A DNA stretch of 51,617 nt, taken from the NCBI GenBank assembly GCA_001829875.1, contig MICN01000097.1, positions 1 to 51,617 of the forward strand, written 5' to 3'. The translations under genes were made by a program, and so were the position numbers. This DNA is from Syntrophus sp. GWC2_56_31 (GTDB lineage: Bacteria > Desulfobacterota > Syntrophia > Syntrophales > UBA5619). The stretch's first letter is position 1. Each line of letters starts with the position of its first letter. Shown here piece after piece: positions 15,865 through 24,336 of this stretch. Under the pieces are notes generated by a model. That model was not told where the DNA came from. It searched no databases and saw nothing but the letters and a program-made list of their open reading frames with translations.

Positions 15865-16515
15865 TTACTTCACCGGCGGGAAAATCACGAAGCGGTCCCT
15901 TCTGTTCTTTGCCCAGGCGGCTTCGTCGTGTCCCTTATCCAGAGGCATTTCCTTGCCGTAGCTGATGGTCTTGATTCGCTCCTTCGCGATGCCCAGGTCG
16001 ACAAGGTATTTTGCGGCCTCTACCGCGCGTTTCTCGCCGAGGGCCAAATTGTATTCCACCGTGCCTCGCTCGTCGCAATGCCCTTCCACCACCAGCTTAT
16101 AATCCTGATACTTCAGATACGCCGGCGCGGCCGCTTTCAGTGTCGACTGGGCAAGAGGCTTGAGGTTATACTTGTCATAATCAAAGTTGATGTCCGGAAT
16201 CTGGAGTTCCTTCAGAATCGCCGCCGCCCTGGCAGCCGCTTCTCTCTTGGCCCTTTCGGCCGCTTCCTTCGCCGCCGCATCCCTGGCCGCCTTTTCCCGC
16301 GCTGCCTGATCGCGAAGCGCTTTTTCCCTGGCGGCCGCATCATCACTACTCTTCGAAGGTGTCGGCGACGCCTTGGCTGCCGGCGGTGTCGACCCAGGTG
16401 CAGCCATCGCCGTTTCCTTCAACGCCGCCTTTTTGGCGCAACCGGTGAGGAACGCGACGGAGACGCATAAAACCAGGGCGATCAGCCCTACCCAAAACAA
16501 GCTTCTTTTCATCAT
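15865..16515 (-). CDS. pal: peptidoglycan-associated lipoprotein Pal (OmpA-like domain)
   Basis: Lipobox FLTGCA, an Ala/Glu/Lys/Arg-rich linker and an OmpA_C domain (DINFDYDKYNL...VVEGHCDERGTVEYNLALGEKRA). ATG 16515 follows AAAGGAGAA. Confidence 0.9.
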   Translation of the reverse strand: MMKRSLFWVGLIALVLCVSVAFLTGCAKKAALKETAMAAPGSTPPAAKASPTPSKSSDDAAAREKALRDQAAREKAARDAAAKEAAERAKREAAARAAAILKELQIPDINFDYDKYNLKPLAQSTLKAAAPAYLKYQDYKLVVEGHCDERGTVEYNLALGEKRAVEAAKYLVDLGIAKERIKTISYGKEMPLDKGHDEAAWAKNRRDRFVIFPPVK

Positions 16516-16649
16516 GATTCTCCTTTCTTGGATCAACAGTGTTTTATGGCTCAATCGATTACCTATCGAATACTAACCACTACGGCCGATAAAAATCAAA
16601 CGAAAAAAACAGTTTTTTTTATTTACACTCTAAATACAATAGGTTACGG

Positions 16650-17966
16650 TCATCGCAGCCGGGGAGACCAGAAGGGACTCTGGCAAGCGTCGCCCCCCTC
16701 TTGAAGCGGCCGGGAATTCTGGCCGCCCGCATTGATGATCTCGATCCTGCTGCGACCGGCCCCCCGGACGCTGTAGACCAGATACCTCCCGTCCGGCGAC
16801 CAGGAGGGGGATTCATGATCGCCCCCTGCAAAGGTGATCTGCCGGGGAGCGCCTCCCTCCTCATCGATGGCGAAGATCTTGAATTGTCCGTTTACGGACC
16901 CCTCGTAGGCGATCTTCTTTCCCTTCGGCGACCAGGCGGGAGACGTGTTGTAATTTCCCTCCATGGTCAACCGCCGTACGTTGCCGCCTTCGGCATCCAT
17001 GATGTAGATCTGCGGGGAGCCGTTACGATTCGAGACGAAGGCGATCTGCTTTTCGTCGGGGGAACGGACGGGGGATACATTAATGGAGGATTCGCGGGTG
17101 AGACGCTGCAGCATCTTGTTTCCCACGGTCATATCATAAATCCCCGGAGACCCTTCCCGGCTCAGCGTCACAAGCAACTTCACTCCATCACGAGACCAGG
17201 AGCCGGGGAGATTCAGCCCCGAATAGGAGACAAGCTTCTCGGTCTTTCCGCTCTCCAGATCCTGGAGATAGATGTCGGGATTGCCGTCTTTGAAAGAGGT
17301 AAAGGCGAGCCGCCGGCCGTCGGGAGACCATCGCGGCGAGAGGGTCAGGGAGTTGTAATGAGTGATGCGGCGGAGATCCGAACCATCGAAATTGATCGTA
17401 TAGAGTTCCGCGGCGGATGAACCCTTCTTGACAAAGGCGATCCGGGTGTCGAACACGCCGGCCTCTCCCGTCAGGGCCAGGATGATTTCGTTGGCAAATT
17501 GCCTGACGATCCGGCTCCTGTCATCGGGCTTGCCGATATACTTTTTCCCGACAACGAGCGTTCCTTTCGTCACGTCAAAGAGGCGCAGCTCCAAGACGAG
17601 TTCCCGGTCATCCATCTGGTATCCGCCCTTGACCAGGTATTCAGCGCCAATCGTCGACCAGTCTCCGAAGCGGGTCCCTTCCTCCGTGATCCCCGCTTGG
17701 CCAGGGTCTTCCAGGAAGGCCCGTCGGTCGATGACATTAAAATATCCCGTGAGCAGCAGATCCCGGGAGAGGGCGTCGGCAAACCAAACGGGAAGATCGC
17801 TCTTCGCAACAACGGACCGCAAGGGTTTAAAATCAGCGATCGCGATAGGGAGTTTTTGAAAAGCAGGAGAATCGATATCGATGTATACCTTCCCATATGC
17901 CGGACCACTGTGAAACAGGCAAACGAGGAATAGACTTAAGGCCGCCAGATGCTTCAACCTTTTCAT
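16650..17966 (-). CDS. tolB: Tol-Pal system beta-propeller protein TolB
   Basis: 438 aa. Signal peptide, a TolB N-terminal domain and repeated ...SPxWSPDG... propeller blades. Confidence 0.95.
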   Translation of the reverse strand: MKRLKHLAALSLFLVCLFHSGPAYGKVYIDIDSPAFQKLPIAIADFKPLRSVVAKSDLPVWFADALSRDLLLTGYFNVIDRRAFLEDPGQAGITEEGTRFGDWSTIGAEYLVKGGYQMDDRELVLELRLFDVTKGTLVVGKKYIGKPDDRSRIVRQFANEIILALTGEAGVFDTRIAFVKKGSSAAELYTINFDGSDLRRITHYNSLTLSPRWSPDGRRLAFTSFKDGNPDIYLQDLESGKTEKLVSYSGLNLPGSWSRDGVKLLVTLSREGSPGIYDMTVGNKMLQRLTRESSINVSPVRSPDEKQIAFVSNRNGSPQIYIMDAEGGNVRRLTMEGNYNTSPAWSPKGKKIAYEGSVNGQFKIFAIDEEGGAPRQITFAGGDHESPSWSPDGRYLVYSVRGAGRSRIEIINAGGQNSRPLQEGGDACQSPFWSPRLR

Positions 17967-17994
17967 ACAGAGCTCCTTTCCCTGCCTCGGGGTA

Positions 17995-18759
17995 TTACGA
18001 TTTCAATTCCGACGAATGAAAGCGTATCCCCACCTGGATGCTGGTGTCTCCGATCCCCATCGGCAGGGGAGGAAAAGGACTCGCCTTACGTATGGCTTTC
18101 ATGGCGGACTCATCAAAATATCGGTTGCCGGAACGTTTTTCAAAATTCACCTCGCTAACCGCCCCGCTGCGCAGGATGGTCACATCGATCACCGCTTCCA
18201 GCACCTCCCCCGGCGACGGCGAGATAGATGTCCAACTGCCCTTGATTCGGGACCAGATCAGTGCATAGTAAGAGTGCATCCGGGCATTTATCTCGCCGTC
18301 ACCGGGCTGAGAAACCAAACCGGCTGTTTTCTCCGAAGCGGTACTCTCTTGAGCGGTTTTCGCTTTGGACCGCTTGGCCGAATCATCCGCGGCAGATGCT
18401 TTTCTTCGGATATCCTCCATTGCCTTTTCAAGGTCAGGATCCTTTTTCTTCCGGGTTTCTATGCTGTGGATCGGGATAGGCTTGACCGGTTCCGTCGCTT
18501 TCTTCAGAACCGTTTCGCGACGGTCGGCCTTTAGGAGTTCCTTTGCCGCAGCCGAGGCCCCCTTCGTTTGAACGGCTTTCCCGGAAAAATTCACCAGGGA
18601 GACGGTATATACCGGTCCAAAGGTCAGCTTCGGCGAAGGAAGGGAAGGTGAAAAAAACAGAAGTGTCAGGACCGCGATATGGAACAGCAAGGAGATAATG
18701 ACCATTCGGTTCAGACGCGACCCACCGTCTCTGTCGCTGACTACCCTTTCAGACATCAC
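17995..18759 (-). CDS. tolA: TolA / TonB-family energy-transducer protein
   Basis: N-terminal TM anchor, a charged Lys/Ala/Glu-rich middle region and a TonB_C-like C-terminus (AVIDVTILRSGAVSEVNFEKRSGNRYFDESAMKAIRKASPFPPLP). Sits between tolR and tolB. Confidence 0.7.
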   Translation of the reverse strand: MMSERVVSDRDGGSRLNRMVIISLLFHIAVLTLLFFSPSLPSPKLTFGPVYTVSLVNFSGKAVQTKGASAAAKELLKADRRETVLKKATEPVKPIPIHSIETRKKKDPDLEKAMEDIRRKASAADDSAKRSKAKTAQESTASEKTAGLVSQPGDGEINARMHSYYALIWSRIKGSWTSISPSPGEVLEAVIDVTILRSGAVSEVNFEKRSGNRYFDESAMKAIRKASPFPPLPMGIGDTSIQVGIRFHSSELKS

Positions 18760-19181
18760 TTTGATTCCTCGGGCGGTTCGGTAATCATCCCCAACTTGTC
18801 GACGCCGGCCTTTCGCACCTCGGCCATCACCTCGACCACAAACCCGTAAGGAACGTTTCGATCCGCCCGCAGATAGACCTCGCGCTCGATCCGAGCCGCA
18901 AAGATGTGCTGCAGCTTCACTTTTAGTCCGGCAAGCGGCGTCTGGGTTTTATTTAGGAAAATTTCTTTTGCACCGTTGATGGTGAGCACAAGCTTTTCTT
19001 CTGCAACGTCCACGGCTTTCGCCCTGACTCGGGGAAGATTGACGTCGATTCCCATCGACAGCATCGGCGCCGTCACCATGAAGATGATGAGCAATACAAG
19101 CATCACATCTACCAGAGGAGTGACATTGATTTCGGCCATCACCCGGCCGTCAGAATGTGCTCTCCGTTTCGAATATCTCAT
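18756..19181 (-). CDS. tolR: TolR (ExbD/TolR family biopolymer transport protein)
   Basis: 141 aa. EINVTPLVDVMLVLLIIFMV is the ExbD/TolR signature. Overlaps tolA by 4 nt. Confidence 0.85.
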   Translation of the reverse strand: MRYSKRRAHSDGRVMAEINVTPLVDVMLVLLIIFMVTAPMLSMGIDVNLPRVRAKAVDVAEEKLVLTINGAKEIFLNKTQTPLAGLKVKLQHIFAARIEREVYLRADRNVPYGFVVEVMAEVRKAGVDKLGMITEPPEESK

Positions 19182-19187
19182 GTCCGC

Positions 19188-19937
19188 TCATTTCTTCATG
19201 TAATGTCGTTCGACAATGTTCAGCATTTCCAAGGTGAAATGGTCCATATCGAGGGTCAAATTCTTGATCCGGCTCAGGTAGTAGTTATAGAAGATAACGG
19301 CTGGGATAGCGGCGGCAAGACCTGCCGCGGTTGCAATCAAGGCCTCCGATATTCCCGGCGCCACGATGGCGAGGGTCGCCGATCCCCGGGCGCCGATCCC
19401 CTTAAAGGTATCCATGATCCCCCAGACGGTTCCGAATAGACCGATGAAAGGGCTCGCGCTTCCCGTGGTTGCCAGAAACCCGAGGGTCGCCTCCATTTTG
19501 GCGGTCTCCGCCCCACAAGCCCTGTTCATGGCCCTTTCCACATTGTCGATATCGGCGATATCGAGACCCTGACTGCTCGCATCGACATCTTTTCCCGGCG
19601 GATTCCCCCGCGCCGTCCTGGATAGTTTTCCAAGCTCCGTATAGCCGGCCCGGAATACTTCCGCCAACGACGAATCCCTGAACCTCTTCGCCTCGGGCAA
19701 GAGTTCCGAGAGCTTCGTACTCTTCATGTAGGCGCTAAGGAAGAGTTCGTTCTCTCTCGCGACTTTCCGGATATTGAAGTGTTTCATGAGGATAATGGCC
19801 CACGAGATGATGGAAAAAATCAGCAGGACCAGCAGAACCAATTTGACGACAACCCCTGCGCTGACCACCATGTCGAAAATACTGGCATTGAAATTTCCTC
19901 CCAGGTTCATCGCGACAATCGGCGAAGCATCTTTCAC
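19188..19937 (-). CDS. tolQ: TolQ (MotA/TolQ/ExbB proton-channel family)
   Basis: C-terminal motif LATTGSASPFIGLFGTVWGIM...VAPGISEALIATAAGL. The track start TTG 19943 abuts the RBS, so GTG 19937 (AGGGAG plus 7 nt) is preferred. Confidence 0.9.
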   Translation of the reverse strand: MKDASPIVAMNLGGNFNASIFDMVVSAGVVVKLVLLVLLIFSIISWAIILMKHFNIRKVARENELFLSAYMKSTKLSELLPEAKRFRDSSLAEVFRAGYTELGKLSRTARGNPPGKDVDASSQGLDIADIDNVERAMNRACGAETAKMEATLGFLATTGSASPFIGLFGTVWGIMDTFKGIGARGSATLAIVAPGISEALIATAAGLAAAIPAVIFYNYYLSRIKNLTLDMDHFTLEMLNIVERHYMKK

Positions 19938-19978
19938 GTTCAATCTCCCTTAATGTGAAATGGAAAAGACGGTGCCCA

Positions 19979-20007
19979 CATATAATGGAAAAGAGGGTGT
20001 CTGTCAA
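19979..20007 (-). promoter_or_regulatory. sigma70-type promoter candidate for tolQ (TTGACA-17 nt-TATATG)
   Basis: On the minus strand, TTGACA lies at 20007-20002 and the -10 at 19984-19979, about 40 nt upstream of the tolQ start. Confidence 0.35.
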
Positions 20008-20036
20008 GCAGGCTGTTGAAATATGCGAAAACAATA

Positions 20037-20960
20037 TCACAGAGATTCGGGGGTAAAAGCAACCACGGCGTCGATTGTCGCCTGGTCGGCAAGGATCATC
20101 GCGAGGCGGTCGATTCCTAGGGCGATGCCGGCGGAAGGGGGCATCCGCGAAAGGGCCGTAAGAAATCGCTCCGGCAAGGGATAGGCGGGGCAGTTTTGCA
20201 GACGCCGGTCGCGGGAGGCCTTTTCAAACCGCCGTCTCTGTTCCGCCGCATCGGTCAACTCTGAGAAGGCATTGGCCAGTTCTAATCCGGCGATATAGAG
20301 TTCAAAACGCTCCGCGACCTCAGGGTTTTCCGCATTCACCCGTGCCAGGGCGCCCAGCTCCGCCGGATATTCACAAAGAAAAACGGGGCGCTCCATACCG
20401 AGATGGGGTTCGACCTTGCAGACCATGATCTCGTCGAAGCAACCCCGTCCCAAAGCCTCCTCAACGCTGAGTCCGGCATATCTGTCAAAAGCCTCACGAA
20501 CGGTGATCCTCTCCCAGGGAGGCAGCAAAGCGACCCTCTTTCCCTGCCAGGAAACGGCGCCGCCCAGGCCGAGCTCTCCGGCAGCATAGGCAATCAAGCC
20601 CTCGCAGTCGTCCATCAGCGTCCGGTAATCGGTTCCTGTCCGGTACCATTCCAGCATGGTAAATTCCGGAAGGTGAAAGGCGCCCCGCTCCCCGGCGCGG
20701 AAACATTTACAGATCTGAAATATTTTCGGATAACCGGCAGCCAGAAGCCGCTTCATGCAGAGTTCCGGGGAAGTCTGGAGAAACCATTCGCCCGAGGCGA
20801 CGGCATCGATATAGGATTCAGGTGCAGGCGCCGGAATCCTCAGCGGCGTTTCACATTCGAGAAACCCCTGATCCAGAAAGAACCGGCGGATTGACCGAGT
20901 CATAACCGCTCGGACTCTCAAGACCTCCGCTTTACCGGCCAGTCTCCAGTCTTCGTCCAC
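20037..20960 (-). CDS. epmA: EF-P--(R)-beta-lysine ligase EpmA (GenX/PoxA, class II LysRS paralog)
   Basis: 307 aa with no anticodon-binding domain. Class II aaRS motifs are present: FLECETP, CFRAGERGAFHLPEFTMLEWY, GIALGIDRL. Lies adjacent to efp. Confidence 0.85.
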   Translation of the reverse strand: MDEDWRLAGKAEVLRVRAVMTRSIRRFFLDQGFLECETPLRIPAPAPESYIDAVASGEWFLQTSPELCMKRLLAAGYPKIFQICKCFRAGERGAFHLPEFTMLEWYRTGTDYRTLMDDCEGLIAYAAGELGLGGAVSWQGKRVALLPPWERITVREAFDRYAGLSVEEALGRGCFDEIMVCKVEPHLGMERPVFLCEYPAELGALARVNAENPEVAERFELYIAGLELANAFSELTDAAEQRRRFEKASRDRRLQNCPAYPLPERFLTALSRMPPSAGIALGIDRLAMILADQATIDAVVAFTPESL

Positions 20961-20982
20961 GACCCTCCAGATAAAGAAATGA

Positions 20983-21546
20983 TCATCCCTTGACCCTGGT
21001 CAGGTACTCTCCGCTGCGGGTATCGATCCGGATCTTTTCTCCCTCCTCGATGAAGGGCGGCACCTGGAGCTGGTAACCCGTCTGGACGGTAACCGGTTTG
21101 GTGTTTCCCGATACGGAATCCCCCTTGGCCCAGGGGTCGGCCTTGGTCACCACGACATCGATGAAGTTGGGCAGGCTTATCCCTAAAGGGCGATCCTCGA
21201 AGAAGAGGATCTCCACCTCTATGTTATCCAGGAGAAAATTCTGCGCCTCCCCGACCTGATCCGCGGAGAGAAAGACCTGTTCGTAATTCTGGTTGTCCAT
21301 GAAGCAGTACTTGCCTTCTTCCTGGTAGAGGTACTGCATCTTCTTCTCTTGCATATCGGCCGCTTCAAAAATATCGACGGAACGGAAAGTCCGCTCGAAT
21401 TGATTTCCATTCATCATATTCTTCAGCTTGCACCGGTAGAGCGCTTGTCCTTTGCCCGGCTTGACAAAGTTGAATTCCGTGACGATGTAAGGATCGTTAT
21501 CGATCTTTATTCGCAGTCCTTTTCTCAAATCGCTGGCGGTGTACAT
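20983..21546 (-). CDS. efp: translation elongation factor P
   Basis: 187 aa. Contains ...VKPGKGQA..., which holds the modifiable Lys in the KPGKG loop, and is collinear with EF-P over its full length. Confidence 0.97.
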   Translation of the reverse strand: MYTASDLRKGLRIKIDNDPYIVTEFNFVKPGKGQALYRCKLKNMMNGNQFERTFRSVDIFEAADMQEKKMQYLYQEEGKYCFMDNQNYEQVFLSADQVGEAQNFLLDNIEVEILFFEDRPLGISLPNFIDVVVTKADPWAKGDSVSGNTKPVTVQTGYQLQVPPFIEEGEKIRIDTRSGEYLTRVKG

Positions 21547-21571
21547 ATTCTTGCCTTCCCCTTTTTTTTAC

Positions 21572-21600
21572 TTTTTAATCTATCCTGCCTGTCTTGTCAA
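21572..21600 (-). promoter_or_regulatory. sigma70-type promoter candidate for efp (TTGACA-17 nt-TAAAAA)
   Basis: On the minus strand, TTGACA lies at 21600-21595 and the -10 at 21577-21572, in the 62-nt epmB-efp spacer. Confidence 0.3.
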
Positions 21601-21608
21601 AAGAATGT

Positions 21609-22799
21609 TTATTTATCCCAGCCCCTCTCGCAGGCGGAATTGAAAAAATGCTGGAGGGGGATTTTACCTCTGCCGCCCGGACAATCCAGCACATACCGGG
21701 GGAGAGCGAGCCCGGAGACGTTGTGCCTAAGCGCCTCCATGATCTCCATGCCTCCGCGGATATCTGCCCGGAAATGGTTCACCCCGCGAACCGGATCGCA
21801 CTGAAAGAGGTAGTAGGGCCTGACCGAAATCCTCTCCAGGCCGATGAGAAGATCCCGCATCGTCGCATAGTCGTCGTTAATCCCTTTGAGGAGGACCGAC
21901 TGATTGGAGACGGGGATACCCGCCATGAGCAATCTCTCGCATGCCCGTGTGGATTCAGGTGTGATCTCTCTTGGATGGTTGAACTGCGTGTTGAACCAGA
22001 GCGGCCTGTGCCGCTTCAGCATAGCAGCGAGTCCCGGCGTGACACGCATCGGCAGGGTGACTGGCGCCCGGCTTCCGATGCGGAGGACCTCCACATGTGG
22101 AATCGCCCGGAGGGTCCCCAATAGCCAGTCCAGCACGCCTTCGGAAAGCAGGAGAGGATCGCCTCCGGAGAGGATCACCTCCCGAAGCGAAGGTGTCCGT
22201 GCGATGTGATCGATCATCGGCTGTATCCACTCTCGCACCCCTCCGGGCCTTTCATTACACCATATCCGTTTGCGGTTGCAGTGCCTGCAGTAGACGGCGC
22301 AGACATTGGTGACGATCACCAGGCAGCGGTCGGGGTAACGGTGGATAAGCCCCGGAACCGGCATTGCCCTCTCCTCACCGAGAGGATCGTCATCTTCCCC
22401 CAAAGAGCAGTCGAGCTCTCGGGGATCGGGAAAGCACTGCCTGCGAAGAGGATCACACTCCTCTGCCGCATCCATGAGCGACAGATAATAGGGTGTAACC
22501 GCAATAGGATAGGTTTTCGTGACAGGTCCGCACGCCGCAAGCGACTCTACAGGTGTATTTATCACCAAGGCAAGCTTCTCGAGGGAGCGGACCCGGTTTT
22601 GCAATTGCCACTCCCAGTCGCCCCACTGCGCAGCGGATACTCCTCCCCAGAGTCCCCTGCCGATCCTATGAACGCAGGCAAACGCGCCCGCCCGCAGGGT
22701 CGGGCTTCCCGGCAAGGAAGCGTTCTTTTTCTTATCACGCGCTTTATCTCTGCCAGCGAGACAGGGCTTGCCGATTGCACTCCCGGTAATGTTTTTCAT
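21609..22799 (-). CDS. epmB: lysine 2,3-aminomutase-family radical SAM protein (EpmB/KamA)
   Basis: The radical SAM cluster motif CAVYCRHCNRKR and the WQLQNRV lead-in are typical of KamA/EpmB. Operon context with efp and epmA. Confidence 0.85.
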   Translation of the reverse strand: MKNITGSAIGKPCLAGRDKARDKKKNASLPGSPTLRAGAFACVHRIGRGLWGGVSAAQWGDWEWQLQNRVRSLEKLALVINTPVESLAACGPVTKTYPIAVTPYYLSLMDAAEECDPLRRQCFPDPRELDCSLGEDDDPLGEERAMPVPGLIHRYPDRCLVIVTNVCAVYCRHCNRKRIWCNERPGGVREWIQPMIDHIARTPSLREVILSGGDPLLLSEGVLDWLLGTLRAIPHVEVLRIGSRAPVTLPMRVTPGLAAMLKRHRPLWFNTQFNHPREITPESTRACERLLMAGIPVSNQSVLLKGINDDYATMRDLLIGLERISVRPYYLFQCDPVRGVNHFRADIRGGMEIMEALRHNVSGLALPRYVLDCPGGRGKIPLQHFFNSACERGWDK

Positions 22800-23007
22800 A
22801 GAAAATCCGTACCACCTGTTTCTGACGCTTGCAAGAAATGATTTGCATTATCCGCTTCGTTTTTATATCTTAATAGCTACGGACGGGACAATGACCTTCC
22901 CGGCCGACCCTGATAGCGGGGCCCCGTTTGGCTCACGCCGTCACCATCCGGAAAATCTTCCACACACCCTTGCAAAGAGGGCTTAACACAAGAAGGAGGA
23001 TGGTCCA

Positions 23008-24156
23008 ATGAACATATTATCACAGGATGAATTAAAGACATTGATGGGAAAGCACCCGGGACTTTGCGTCTCGATTTTCATGCCCACCTTCCGCACCGGC
23101 GTGGAAAGCCAGCAGAACCAGATCCGGTTTAAAAATCTCCTCCGCAGTGCGGAGGAAAAGCTGCTGGCCGCCGGTATGCGTTCGCAGGAACTCAAAGAAC
23201 TGCTGGAACCTGCTCAGGCACTTCCGGGAAACGCACTATTCTGGCGGCGACAGAGCGACGGCCTGGCGCTTTTTCTCTGCGCCGGTCTGTTCCGCTGTTT
23301 CTGTCTTCCCGAGGCATTCGATGAGCTCATCGTCGTCGCCGACCGTTTTCACGTCAGACCCCTTCTGCCGGTCCTGAGAAACGACAGGCGGTTCTACATC
23401 CTGACCCTCAGCCAGAAAGAGGTCAGGCTCCTGGAAGGGACCGGGCAGGGCGTCAGAGAAATAGAACTGGAGGCGCTGCCCAAAAGCCTCGATGAGGCGT
23501 TGCAGCATGACGAACTTGAAAAACAGGTTCGTTTCCGTACAGGCTCTCTCAGCGGTGGAACAGGGATGGCAATGGTTTCCGGACACGGAGGGGTTGCTGA
23601 TGACACGAAAGATAATCTTCTTAAGTATTTCCGCATGATCGACAGAGAACTCCACGATCGGCTCAAGGACGAACACGCGCCTCTTGTCCTCGCCGGGGTG
23701 GACTATCTATTTCCCATCTACCGTGAGGCCAACACCTTTCCCCACCTTATCGAGGAGGGTATCCCGGGTAATCCCAGGGGGATCAATTCGGATTCCCTTT
23801 ATCGTATGGCATCGAAAATCGTTGCCCCCTTCTTTCAGAAGGCCGAAAACAACGCCCTCGCCCAGTACCGGCAGTCCTCAGGAACCGGGCTGACCTCTGC
23901 CGACATCCGGGAGATTGTCCCGGAAGCCGCCAACGGCCGGGTCGGCATGCTCTTCATCGCCGCGGGGAGCCGGAATGAGGGAACGTTCAACCGAGCGAGC
24001 GGAACGGTTAACCTGTACCGGACACCGGAGGCCGAAAATGAGGATCTGTTGGAGATCGCTGCGATTCAAACCTATCTCAACGGCGGATCGGTCTTCATCC
24101 TGCCTCCGAAAAAAATGCCGGAACCGAAAGACCTCGTCGCCGTGTTCCGCTACTGA
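23008..24156 (+). CDS. hypothetical protein, possibly a bacterial eRF1/Pelota-like (baeRF-type) protein
   Basis: Clean 382-aa ORF with AAGGAGG 7 nt upstream. CVSIFMPTFRTG..QQNQIRFKNLL and SGHGGVADDTKDNLLKYFRMIDRELH resemble the eRF1 central-domain context GRGGQSA..F.R.....Y.RKV. The family assignment is from memory, not a search. Confidence 0.5.
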   Translation: MNILSQDELKTLMGKHPGLCVSIFMPTFRTGVESQQNQIRFKNLLRSAEEKLLAAGMRSQELKELLEPAQALPGNALFWRRQSDGLALFLCAGLFRCFCLPEAFDELIVVADRFHVRPLLPVLRNDRRFYILTLSQKEVRLLEGTGQGVREIELEALPKSLDEALQHDELEKQVRFRTGSLSGGTGMAMVSGHGGVADDTKDNLLKYFRMIDRELHDRLKDEHAPLVLAGVDYLFPIYREANTFPHLIEEGIPGNPRGINSDSLYRMASKIVAPFFQKAENNALAQYRQSSGTGLTSADIREIVPEAANGRVGMLFIAAGSRNEGTFNRASGTVNLYRTPEAENEDLLEIAAIQTYLNGGSVFILPPKKMPEPKDLVAVFRY

Positions 24157-24313
24157 TCGACGGCTTCGTAAAAAGTCCGGATGCTGCGTTGCGCGTCATC
24201 CTTCGTCATTGCGGCGTACGCAACAGTACGCCTCATTCCTCAGGATTCGCGCGCCTTGCCTGCGGCCTTTTTACGAAGCCGTCCCATTTTCACGACTTTT
24301 AAGACTTACTACG
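24157..24313. repeat. ~155-nt structured repeat, copy 1 (rod-like imperfect palindrome plus ~30-nt tail)
   Basis: Roughly 85-90% identical by eye to 45998-46152. The 17-bp outer stem pairs 24159-24175 with 24267-24283. The central hairpin GGCGTAC-N6-GTACGCC lies at 24213-24232. Confidence 0.85.
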
Positions 24314-24336
24314 TGGTATTCATTAATCAATGGCTT

